In this document: positions 56,310 to 64,000 of the stretch, in pieces | Layout of the letters: every line of letters begins with the position of its first letter | Numbering within the stretch: position 1 is the stretch's first letter | DNA from: Candidatus Parcubacteria bacterium | Lineage (GTDB): Bacteria > Patescibacteriota > Minisyncoccia > Phycocordibacterales > JAKFXT01 | DNA: 64,000 nucleotides | Assembly: GCA_021414235.1 (NCBI GenBank) | Contig: JAIOOV010000004.1 | Location: 473,591 to 537,590, forward strand | Direction: 5' to 3' | Made by a program: the position numbers and the translations under genes | Notes under the pieces: generated by a model | Told to the model about the DNA's origin: nothing | Seen by the model: the letters and a program-made list of their open reading frames with translations, nothing else | Database searches by the model: none

Positions 56310-56912
56310 ATGCTGAAGCTGTTCTTCGTCATCTTGCTCATCTCGCTCGGCAGCGCGACCGCTGCCAGCGCCCAAACCAATAGTTGTAACACTGAGACGA
56401 GGCCCCACCTTTGCATCTGCAAAGTGGCGCTGCTCCAGGAAACTATCGGGGAAGAATCTCCAATCAGCAAAGAAGATGATCTAGACGCACGCGGGGCCCA
56501 CGAAGGATACTTCATGCCCCAAATGAAATGCGTCGGCTTCTACATCCAGCGAAAATGGTACGACACCACGACGGAAAAGTGGCTGATCAAATACATATAC
56601 GTCTGGAACATGGGCGCGCTCCGTGGACAGCGGGTCTCCCGAATCGAAGTCATGCAAAAAGGGGGAACCTACTTCAAGGTCACCGGCCTCGACGCCTGTC
56701 GCGATGACCACTACTTGGGAGTCACTTTCACCTACAAAGACTCCCTCCGTGGCGACTGTGACGGCACGACGTTCTCTGCGCAAATCCATAAGATGCAAGA
56801 AGCGCGAGTCCGAGCCCCTCTCGGCAGCTCCACAGCGGCGGTGCCGATTCCCGACACCTCGACCGTCGCATCCCCTCCCCCAGCTACCACACGAGGAGGG
56901 AGCAAGGATTGA
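56310..56912 (+). CDS. Hypothetical secreted protein
   Basis: Signal peptide (ATAASA-Q), strong RBS, own promoter and terminator. Confidence 0.75.
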   Translation: MLKLFFVILLISLGSATAASAQTNSCNTETRPHLCICKVALLQETIGEESPISKEDDLDARGAHEGYFMPQMKCVGFYIQRKWYDTTTEKWLIKYIYVWNMGALRGQRVSRIEVMQKGGTYFKVTGLDACRDDHYLGVTFTYKDSLRGDCDGTTFSAQIHKMQEARVRAPLGSSTAAVPIPDTSTVASPPPATTRGGSKD

Positions 56913-56929
56913 AAACGGCGAGATCGACT

Positions 56930-56964
56930 GGCGGGTGCCCTTCGGGGTACTCGCCGGTTTTTTT
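56930..56964 (+). terminator. Intrinsic terminator
   Basis: ggcgggtgccc-ttcg-gggtactcgcc followed by a T-tract. Confidence 0.7.
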
Positions 56965-57035
56965 ATTTTCATGAGCGTTGACAGTATTTAAAAAATGTTA
57001 TAAAAAGATTTCGTAGTCAACCCCAGGAGGTCGTT

Positions 57036-57488
57036 ATGCTGCGATTCACGCGAGTATCGTTCCTTCTAAGCCTTGCCGTGCTTCTCCTCATCGGCCGTCC
57101 GACTTTCGCCGATCAGGAAATCTGCGGCATCAAGGTCACCTCAGCCACGCTCGAGGCCGCCGCCGGGAATCCCCTGGCTCAGGTCGCGACGGACCCGTCT
57201 CCCAAGATCTATATCGGCAAGTGGAGCAGCGGCTGCGCCGGCCTCGTCTTCCCGAAGGAGGGCACAGTCGCCGGAGCACGCTACGCTCAGGTGAGTTACA
57301 CTTACAATCTTTCCGCAGCCGATCAAGGGACCCTAAAGACAGAGGTCATCCCCGTGGAGAATGACGGGAAGATGATCATCAGCGTTCCCGGCTGTCGGAG
57401 CAAACAGATGCAACTCGTGCCGGACGGCACCGCCTTCAAGGGAACTTGCACAACGTCGGCCTTCAGCATCAAGTTCGAGAAGCAGTGA
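57036..57488 (+). CDS. Hypothetical secreted protein
   Basis: Signal peptide (PTFA-D), AGGAGG RBS, TTGACA upstream at 56978. Confidence 0.75.
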   Translation: MLRFTRVSFLLSLAVLLLIGRPTFADQEICGIKVTSATLEAAAGNPLAQVATDPSPKIYIGKWSSGCAGLVFPKEGTVAGARYAQVSYTYNLSAADQGTLKTEVIPVENDGKMIISVPGCRSKQMQLVPDGTAFKGTCTTSAFSIKFEKQ

Positions 57489-57503
57489 GACTCTCGAAGT
57501 GTC

Positions 57504-57538
57504 GGCGCGGTCCTCCGGGACCGCGCCCTTTCTTTTTT
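57504..57538 (+). terminator. Intrinsic terminator
   Basis: ggcgcggtcc-tccg-ggaccgcgcc followed by ctttctttttt. Confidence 0.7.
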
Positions 57539-57540
57539 AT

Positions 57541-58521
57541 TTACTCCTCCACCTCTCCTTTGTTTTCAAAACCTCCTTTCGCTGCCTCCGCGAGAGCGTT
57601 AATTATATCCTCGACATTCCCCGCCATGATCTTAGGGATATTGTGCCAAGATTCCTTGATACGGTGATCCGTGATGCGATCCTGCGGAAAATTGTAGGTA
57701 CGGATCTTCTCAGACCTGTCCCCTGTTCCTATTTGTGATTTACGCTCACCGGCATATTTAGCTGCATCCTGTTCATCTTTCAATGCCTGAAGCTTGGCCG
57801 AAAGAATCGCCATAGCTTTTTCTCTGTTCTTCTGCTGACTACGCTCTGAGGTACAACGCACGTCGATCCCAGTAGGCTTGTGTATCAAACGAACCGCCGT
57901 CTCCACCTTGTTCACATTCTGACCACCCGCACCTCCCGAACGGGAGAACTCCATCTCGATATCCCCTGGATTTATCTCCATCGGTGCCGTCTCACGAAGA
58001 GGCAACACCGCCACAGAAGCAGTAGAGGTATGAATACGTCCCATCTTCTCCGTAGCCGGAGTGCGCTGCACGCGATGCACTCCCGTCTCGTAACGCAGCT
58101 TGTCATAGACACCCTCGCCCGAAAATTCAAAAGAAGCCTCCTTGTAGCCGCCAAGCGCGCTCTTGGATTCATCGAGTACGCGCACGTCCCAGCCCTCCCT
58201 CTCAGCGTAGAGGCGATACATATTGGCGATCTCTTCCGCAAAAAGCGCCGCCTCTTCTCCGCCCGCGCCCGCGCGCACTTCCAGGATGATCTGATTGGGC
58301 GATTCTATCGTGCCCGCTGCCTTGTTCAAGATCTCTTCCATCTGAGCGACCAGCGCATCTCGCTCCGCAGAGAGACGCGTCAGGTCTTCTCTCCCGAGTT
58401 CTGCCATGGAAGGGTCGCTCGTGATGAGGGTCTCTAAGTCGTCTATCTCCGCAGAAAGCCGCTCGGCCGTTTCCGCCAAGTACTGTGTCTTCCTATTCTC
58501 TTTGTATTTGGAAAGGTCCAT
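57541..58521 (-). CDS. prfA: Peptide chain release factor 1
   Basis: GAGGEEA, PATE (PxT), [23 protein letters not shown]. Confidence 0.96.
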   Translation of the reverse strand: MDLSKYKENRKTQYLAETAERLSAEIDDLETLITSDPSMAELGREDLTRLSAERDALVAQMEEILNKAAGTIESPNQIILEVRAGAGGEEAALFAEEIANMYRLYAEREGWDVRVLDESKSALGGYKEASFEFSGEGVYDKLRYETGVHRVQRTPATEKMGRIHTSTASVAVLPLRETAPMEINPGDIEMEFSRSGGAGGQNVNKVETAVRLIHKPTGIDVRCTSERSQQKNREKAMAILSAKLQALKDEQDAAKYAGERKSQIGTGDRSEKIRTYNFPQDRITDHRIKESWHNIPKIMAGNVEDIINALAEAAKGGFENKGEVEE

Positions 58522-58572
58522 ATGGGTAGGACAAAGCCCGCCCCGGAGTATGCCGGGGCGGGCTTTGAATCG

Positions 58573-58803
58573 TTACGCCTTCTTCTTGGCAGGCTTCACC
58601 TTGGCGCTTGCAGCGCGCGTCTTGAAACGCTCCACGCGGCCGGCGGTGTCGAGCACCTTGTCGGCTCCGGTGTAGAAAGGATGGCACTTGCTGCAGATTT
58701 CCACAGAGAGACTCTCCTTGGTGGAAAGCACGGAAAACTCAGCTCCGCAGGCGCAGAGAGCCTTAGCAGCGAGATGGGTGGTCGGATGGATATCTGCCTT
58801 CAT
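58573..58803 (-). CDS. rpmE: 50S ribosomal protein L31
   Basis: MKADIHP...CACG...[12 protein letters not shown]...GRVERF. Confidence 0.97.
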   Translation of the reverse strand: MKADIHPTTHLAAKALCACGAEFSVLSTKESLSVEICSKCHPFYTGADKVLDTAGRVERFKTRAASAKVKPAKKKA

Positions 58804-58854
58804 GCCGGACTTTATAACATACTGAAATTAAAAGGGCAAAGGCTCTGGTATAAT

Positions 58855-59919
58855 ATGGCTATGTTCCTTTCCTATCGTAGCCTCTCCGCGCTCAGCCTGA
58901 TCCTCCTCGGGCTCATCTTTGGCTTCGGCTGGTATCTCACCAAGGCACCCTCGGAAGGAGAGCTCGCGGAAGGCCGGAAAGAGGCCCTTGGGTACCTGCT
59001 CCGCTCGTTTGATGAGGATATACACTTCGTGACCCGCTACGGGCTCGACAGCAGCCCCCCTCCCGTCACCCGGGAAGAGCAGTTCATCGCGGAGCTAGAG
59101 GCCGCCACTACCCTCGCAGATGCCTCCCGCGGAGACACCACACTCGCCGGAGCGCACCGAGAGAATCTCCACATCATCCTCACGGATTGGTACGTAGAAG
59201 CGGGTAATGACGCATATCTCACCAACGGCACTCCCTTCATGGAGCAGAATGGCCGAGGATTAGCACTCCTCGCAACAAGCCCGCTCTTTGAAGAAGAGAG
59301 AGCCAAAGCGGAGAAGCTCGCCACCCCTATCGCTTCCTGGGCACGAAAGGAATTCACTACCTACTGGAAAGCTGCGAGCAGCACCGCCGCAGAGAGCCTC
59401 GGCTATGGCATCCTCGGCATAAGCGCGCTCTACCTGCGCACCGGCTCTCCTGAGCACAGAGAGACACTAGAACTGCTCGCTGCCCGCTATCGCCTTCTTC
59501 TTGACCCCTCCCCGCTCCGCTTCGCGGTACGCAGCACTCTCTACGAGTCGCTCCGCGGAGACGAAGACCGCCGCAGCCTTCTTCTCATCGCCAACTCATA
59601 TCTCCCTCTCCAGGACAAGAACTTCTTCTCCGCCTCCTACGGGCTCTTCCGGGATACTGACGGCACCTACTACCCTCTTGCCGAGCAAGCCATGATCACC
59701 CGAGGACTAGTACAGGCTTCTGTACTAGTCGCAGAGAGCAATGATTCGGCCTCTCATTCATACAAGCAAGCAGCGCTCCGTAGCGCTGGTGCCCTTTTAC
59801 GTATGCAGATGGACGCTCCAGAGCAGCTCAAAGGAGGAGCGCTCGGCAGCATCAAGAGAACATACGTGGATACCTACGCTACTGCGCAGCTCATAGAAGC
59901 GCTCGATTCATTTAAATAA
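58855..59919 (+). CDS. Hypothetical membrane-anchored helical protein
   Basis: ATG at 58855, N-terminal TM helix; no catalytic motif recognised. Confidence 0.65.
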   Translation: MAMFLSYRSLSALSLILLGLIFGFGWYLTKAPSEGELAEGRKEALGYLLRSFDEDIHFVTRYGLDSSPPPVTREEQFIAELEAATTLADASRGDTTLAGAHRENLHIILTDWYVEAGNDAYLTNGTPFMEQNGRGLALLATSPLFEEERAKAEKLATPIASWARKEFTTYWKAASSTAAESLGYGILGISALYLRTGSPEHRETLELLAARYRLLLDPSPLRFAVRSTLYESLRGDEDRRSLLLIANSYLPLQDKNFFSASYGLFRDTDGTYYPLAEQAMITRGLVQASVLVAESNDSASHSYKQAALRSAGALLRMQMDAPEQLKGGALGSIKRTYVDTYATAQLIEALDSFK

Positions 59920-59924
59920 ATCTC

Positions 59925-61268
59925 CTACTGCGCCTTCTTCAAGATATCTATCTGCGCCTGGAAACCGTCAGCCAGACTCATCACCTGATCACCATAAAAG
60001 GCGTATGCTGCTTTCTCCGCGTTCTTCCAGCCTGCGAGATATCGGAGGGCAGCGAGACGCTCTGCTGCACGCGTACCGCGATTAGCACCGTTGTCCTTCA
60101 TGAGGAGCGCAGAAGCCATGAAGGCATCGCGCGGGTTCCACGGATTCGGCGGGTTCGTCCCGGTGATAGCCGAGATACGCTTTTCATACAAAAGCCAGGT
60201 GGAAGGAATGAACTGGGCGGGGCCCATGGCACCTCCCCAGCCGTAGCCGCAGGCTACTCCGGGGCCGACCCGTTTCCTCTCCGCAGCCGAGCAAGGACGC
60301 GCGGAGATAGGCATCGCATCAGGATCGAGTCCTAGGCGGCTAGTGATGGATTGGAAGTCTGCCCAGTCTCTCTGCGCCATATCGGCTCTCCAGGTGCCCG
60401 TACCAAGGTTCTTACCGAGATCGGTCTCGGTAGCGATGATGCCGAGGATGACCGCCGCACGTACCCCCGTCTTCTGCGATGCTTCGGTCGCATATTCATA
60501 CGCCTTCTGGAATGGGATGGGGCCCGCTCCCTGCAGATTGAAGAGACGTGCGCGGATAGTGGCGGCACTCTGCTCCTGGGACTGGATTACGCGCTGATAT
60601 TCGGCTTCCTGCCCCTTAGAAACGTTCAGAATGCGTTTCTTCTCCGCCTCCTGGTCCTGGACGGCTTTCTTCTGGAGTTCCTGGATGCGACGAAGCTGCA
60701 GTTCCTCCGACCGCTTGTCCTCTAGGCTGTCCTTGGCTGCCTGCGTGTCATCACGCGCTTCGCCCAATTCGTGCGAGGATTCCTGCAGTTGTTCCTTCAC
60801 CGACTGGAAGGCGTCGAGGTCAGAGAAGAAATCAGAGAGATTACGACCGGAGAGAGCGAACTCGGCGATGGAATAGTCATCGATGACAGCAGTCTTGCGG
60901 ATGAGCTGAGCGAGGGACTCCCGCTCCCGCTCCATCTTGGAAGAGAGCACGCCGATAGTCTGCTGCTTGCCGTCGATCTCGCGAGAGAGGCGCTGGATGG
61001 AGAGGTTGCGGGCCTGGAGAGAGAGCTGGGCCTCTTTGATACGGGCATTGAGAATGGCCACGTCACGCTGGAGAGAAGCGGACTGCTGGCGGGTTGAATC
61101 CAGAATCTTGCGCTGGCCAGCAATCTGATTTTCGATATTGCGGAGCTCCGCCTCAAGCGCCGCACGCTCAGCCGGAGAGAGTTCCGCAGCAGAAGCCGAC
61201 CCGAAGAGAGAGGCTACGAGCAGAAGCAAGGCGCAGAGGGCGCCGACAATACGAAAAACGCGAGGCAT
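59925..61268 (-). CDS. Coiled-coil protein with C-terminal lytic transglycosylase/lysozyme-like domain
   Basis: Signal peptide, long coiled coil, IIATET and GGAMGPAQFIPSTW...NPWNPRDA. Confidence 0.85.
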   Translation of the reverse strand: MPRVFRIVGALCALLLLVASLFGSASAAELSPAERAALEAELRNIENQIAGQRKILDSTRQQSASLQRDVAILNARIKEAQLSLQARNLSIQRLSREIDGKQQTIGVLSSKMERERESLAQLIRKTAVIDDYSIAEFALSGRNLSDFFSDLDAFQSVKEQLQESSHELGEARDDTQAAKDSLEDKRSEELQLRRIQELQKKAVQDQEAEKKRILNVSKGQEAEYQRVIQSQEQSAATIRARLFNLQGAGPIPFQKAYEYATEASQKTGVRAAVILGIIATETDLGKNLGTGTWRADMAQRDWADFQSITSRLGLDPDAMPISARPCSAAERKRVGPGVACGYGWGGAMGPAQFIPSTWLLYEKRISAITGTNPPNPWNPRDAFMASALLMKDNGANRGTRAAERLAALRYLAGWKNAEKAAYAFYGDQVMSLADGFQAQIDILKKAQ

Positions 61269-61335
61269 ACTTTTCAAGGATAGCACAAAGGCGCTCCCCT
61301 CGGAGCGCCTTTGTGTGGAATTTCTGTAAAAAGTG

Positions 61336-61989
61336 TTACTTGTCGCCCTTTTCCTCTGCTCCTTCTTCTCCTTCCTCTTCCTTCTTGCCCTTCTTCTCCA
61401 CTTCGATGTCCTCCAGGTTCATCGGAGTCTCGTCCGCCTTCTCTTCGTGAGGCTGAGTGATAGCAGCGACTACTTCCTCAGGATCTGCCATAGCGACGAC
61501 ACCTGCTGGGAGGACGATGTCCTTCACCAGAATCTGGCTCTCAAAGGTAGAGAGACCGGTCACATCCACCGTGAGTGCGTGCGGGAGATCCTTCGGCATC
61601 GCTTCAACCTCAAGCTCATGGAGCACTTTCACCAGGATACCGCCGAGGCTCTTGACCGCCTCCGGTACGCCTTCGAAGTGTATCTGTACGGCAACCTGCA
61701 CCTTCTTGCCCTTCTCTAGTACGTAAAAATCAGCGTGGCGAGGCTCGCCCTTGATAGGGTCAAAGTCTACCGCCTGGATGAGGGTCTCGAGTTCGCGCTC
61801 GCCGTCCTTGAGGATGACCACGGAAGACTCGCCAGCCTCCTTCCAGGCCTTCTTGAAGAGCCCGCGAGAGAGCTCGATCGGGGTGGTCGCCTCCTTGTGA
61901 CCGTAGAAAACAGCAGGCATAACCGTCTCGGGAAGGCGGGATCCGGCCTTACCGATGATTGTGCGGCGTTTGACTTCGAGAGTAATCAT
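61336..61989 (-). CDS. rplY: 50S ribosomal protein L25 (Ctc type)
   Basis: PAVFYG, DPIKGEPRHADFY, acidic tail. Confidence 0.95.
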   Translation of the reverse strand: MITLEVKRRTIIGKAGSRLPETVMPAVFYGHKEATTPIELSRGLFKKAWKEAGESSVVILKDGERELETLIQAVDFDPIKGEPRHADFYVLEKGKKVQVAVQIHFEGVPEAVKSLGGILVKVLHELEVEAMPKDLPHALTVDVTGLSTFESQILVKDIVLPAGVVAMADPEEVVAAITQPHEEKADETPMNLEDIEVEKKGKKEEEGEEGAEEKGDK

Positions 61990-62044
61990 GAGGAGCAGTC
62001 TACCTAAAAGGCCAGATTTTGCAACCCAGGATGGGCTGGAGAGG

Positions 62045-63016
62045 CTAGGCCTTGACCGCGTTCGGTGCTATCCCCGTCTCAAAGAAGGAAAGGACGTTCT
62101 CCGCCGCTATGGTACTCATCTTCTCGCGGGTCTCCCCTGTAGCCGAAGCTATATGCGGGGTGAGGATGACATTTGGGAGCGAGGCTAAGCCCGGAGCGAG
62201 CGCAGGCTCATTTTCGAACACATCGAGCGCCGCGCCGCGGATGACTCCTCCCTTAAGGGCCTCTACCAGCGCCACTTCATCAATGACCGGACCCCGGGAA
62301 GTGTTCACCAAAAAAGCAGACGGCTTCATCATTCCCAAGCGCTCCTTATTAAGAAGGTGCTGAGTCGAAGGCAGTAGCGGCACGTGGATGGTAACCGCAT
62401 CCGCAACAGCGAGCACTTCCTCCGGCGTCGCGTAATAGGTGGCGCGGTATTCCTGCTCCAGCTGTTCGTTCCTCTTCACGTCGTAATAGGCGACATTCAT
62501 ATCGAAACCGCGGCTGAGATGATGTGCCACGCGCGCACCGATACGACCCGCTCCGAGAATACCGAGCGTCTTGTGCGAGAGGTCCGTACCAAGAAGAAGG
62601 AGCGGATCCCAGCCTACGTACTTCCCTTCCTTGGTGAAGCGATCCCCCTCCGTCACCCGCGAAGCCAGCGCCAAGAGAAGCGCCACCGTGTGTTCCGCCA
62701 CCGTCTCGGTGAGCACGTCCGGCGTGTTAGAGACGATCACCCCGCGCTCCTTTGCCGCCTCCAGGTCTATATTATTGAAACCCACCGCATAGTTGGCGAA
62801 GATCTTCGCCTGCGGAGCCGCATCAAATACTTCCCCATCTATCTTATCCGTAAGCAGACAGAGCACTGCGTCATAGGGCTTCGCCCTGAGAGCGGAGACA
62901 AGCTCCTCTTTGCTAAGCACGCCATCCTTGGAACTCACGTCTACCACACATCCTTTCGATTCCAGTAATTTAATGCCGCTCTCCGGTATGCGACGGGTCA
63001 CGAAGACTGTTTTCAT
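62045..63016 (-). CDS. D-isomer-specific 2-hydroxyacid dehydrogenase (glyoxylate reductase/D-glycerate dehydrogenase)
   Basis: AVGFNNID, GAGRIG, NTSRG, ALDVFENEP, LTPHIAS. Confidence 0.93.
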   Translation of the reverse strand: MKTVFVTRRIPESGIKLLESKGCVVDVSSKDGVLSKEELVSALRAKPYDAVLCLLTDKIDGEVFDAAPQAKIFANYAVGFNNIDLEAAKERGVIVSNTPDVLTETVAEHTVALLLALASRVTEGDRFTKEGKYVGWDPLLLLGTDLSHKTLGILGAGRIGARVAHHLSRGFDMNVAYYDVKRNEQLEQEYRATYYATPEEVLAVADAVTIHVPLLPSTQHLLNKERLGMMKPSAFLVNTSRGPVIDEVALVEALKGGVIRGAALDVFENEPALAPGLASLPNVILTPHIASATGETREKMSTIAAENVLSFFETGIAPNAVKA

Positions 63017-63040
63017 GCGAGAAGTATATCAAAAAGAAAA

Positions 63041-63067
63041 GCGGCGCCCCCGGTGAGAGGGCGCCGC
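63041..63067 (-). terminator. Intrinsic terminator
   Basis: gcggcgccc...gggcgccgc with an A-tract on the plus strand (U-tract on minus). Confidence 0.65.
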
Positions 63068-63086
63068 CGTGCCGCATTTCTGCAGC

Positions 63087-63743
63087 CTAGAAATTCCTGC
63101 CGACGTCGCCGCCGTCACTTCCTCCGCTTTGAACCGGCTCAGGAGAGAGGTCGACCGTGTCCATGAGCACCTCGCAGGTGATCCTCTGGTCCACGAACAC
63201 GACCCTGAGATATCCATCGATGGGATACGGCCAGTAGGGAGCGGGCTGAATGGCGATTACGACTCCGGGGACGATATAGCGAGCCGAATATTCGTTGCCG
63301 AAGACCATGAAGACCCAGCGGGTCAGCGAGCGGATGTCTTTACCTGCGAAGTTCCTGATGACACCCCCCGCTTCCAAAGGCAGGCTCGGACAGAAGGCCG
63401 ACATGTCTTTCAGCGCCCCCGCGAGAAACTCGCGGGCGTCTCCTTTCGGATCCGCCTTACAGTGAGCGCGCAGAAGGCCGGTATCTCCGAGAAGACCTCC
63501 GCCAATGAAGCTGAGGCGACACCGATCCTCCCGGACAGAAGCAGAGGAGACACAGTGCGGCGGCTCGAGTTCAGTGAATGTGCACCGAATCTCCTGCCCG
63601 TTGACATAGACAGTGAAGCCGCCGCCAGCGGGAGGCAGAGGAGATGACCCAACTTCTTTCGGGACAACCGTGATGCCCGCAGAAGCCGAGATCGAACTTG
63701 CGCAAAACGCGATGGCAAGGAACAGAAGGGACAGAATACGCAT
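63087..63743 (-). CDS. Hypothetical secreted protein
   Basis: ATG at 63743 (MRILSLLFLAIAFCASSISASA), AGGAG RBS. Confidence 0.7.
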   Translation of the reverse strand: MRILSLLFLAIAFCASSISASAGITVVPKEVGSSPLPPAGGGFTVYVNGQEIRCTFTELEPPHCVSSASVREDRCRLSFIGGGLLGDTGLLRAHCKADPKGDAREFLAGALKDMSAFCPSLPLEAGGVIRNFAGKDIRSLTRWVFMVFGNEYSARYIVPGVVIAIQPAPYWPYPIDGYLRVVFVDQRITCEVLMDTVDLSPEPVQSGGSDGGDVGRNF

Positions 63744-63854
63744 TAGGAATCTCCTGTGAGCGCAGTGATGTTTCGCGTCTGACATTACCACACTTTACAT
63801 ATATTTGTCAAGCATTCGAGTTTGCCTAACACGCTTGTGTGATAAAATACTTAT

Positions 63855-64000
63855 ATGTCGAAGCCCTTTGATCTCGTAGCTATCGGCGACACCGCCACTG
63901 ATGCATTCATCCGCCTCAAGGAGGCGCACGTCAATTGCCGTATCGATACGAAAGCCTGCGAGATATGCATGAGCTTCGGGGACAAGATCCCCTACGAATC
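63855..64000 (+). CDS. PfkB-family carbohydrate kinase (5' fragment)
   Basis: MSKPFDLVAIGDTATDAFIRLKE...MSFGDKIPYE; PfkB-like N-terminal strand; truncated by the window edge. Confidence 0.7.
   Translation, partial: MSKPFDLVAIGDTATDAFIRLKEAHVNCRIDTKACEICMSFGDKIPYE

Noticed and set aside
58522-58854. N-terminal extension of the 465-aa ORF
   Set aside because: It overlaps rpmE on the opposite strand; the likely start is ATG 58855.

Overview
Bacterial chromosome segment that looks like a streamlined Patescibacteria/CPR (Parcubacteria-like) genome. This is an inference from the shortened ThrS, PheS, PheT and SMC, the NusB-Nudix fusion and the absence of biosynthetic genes. The backbone is housekeeping: rpoC (partial), rpoB, trmD, khpA, rpsP, rnr, smc, rnc, nusB, rpmF, rnhB, dnaE, thrS, gyrB, pheST, tRNA-Thr, tsf, rpsB, prfA, rpmE, rplY, with single orphan genes in between. 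The notable region is a ~14 kb accessory cell-surface cluster (41.9-56.2 kb). It holds a YcaO cyclodehydratase plus a SagB-type dehydrogenase, a small microcin-B17-like Gly/Ser/Cys peptide, two TPR proteins, two paralogous exported proteins with Tyr/Gln repeats between near-identical DNA flanks, three paralogous His/Cys-motif exported proteins and two atypical cupredoxins. About 30 kb away, a 613-aa surface protein beside a sortase shares the small peptide's ISSVxAQ motif, carries four copies of its GCEGCGGS motif, and has an IPYTG sorting-like motif. This suggests RiPP-type chemistry applied to anchored surface proteins. All functional hypotheses are untested inferences from sequence. No CRISPR array, rRNA, integrase or transposase was seen.
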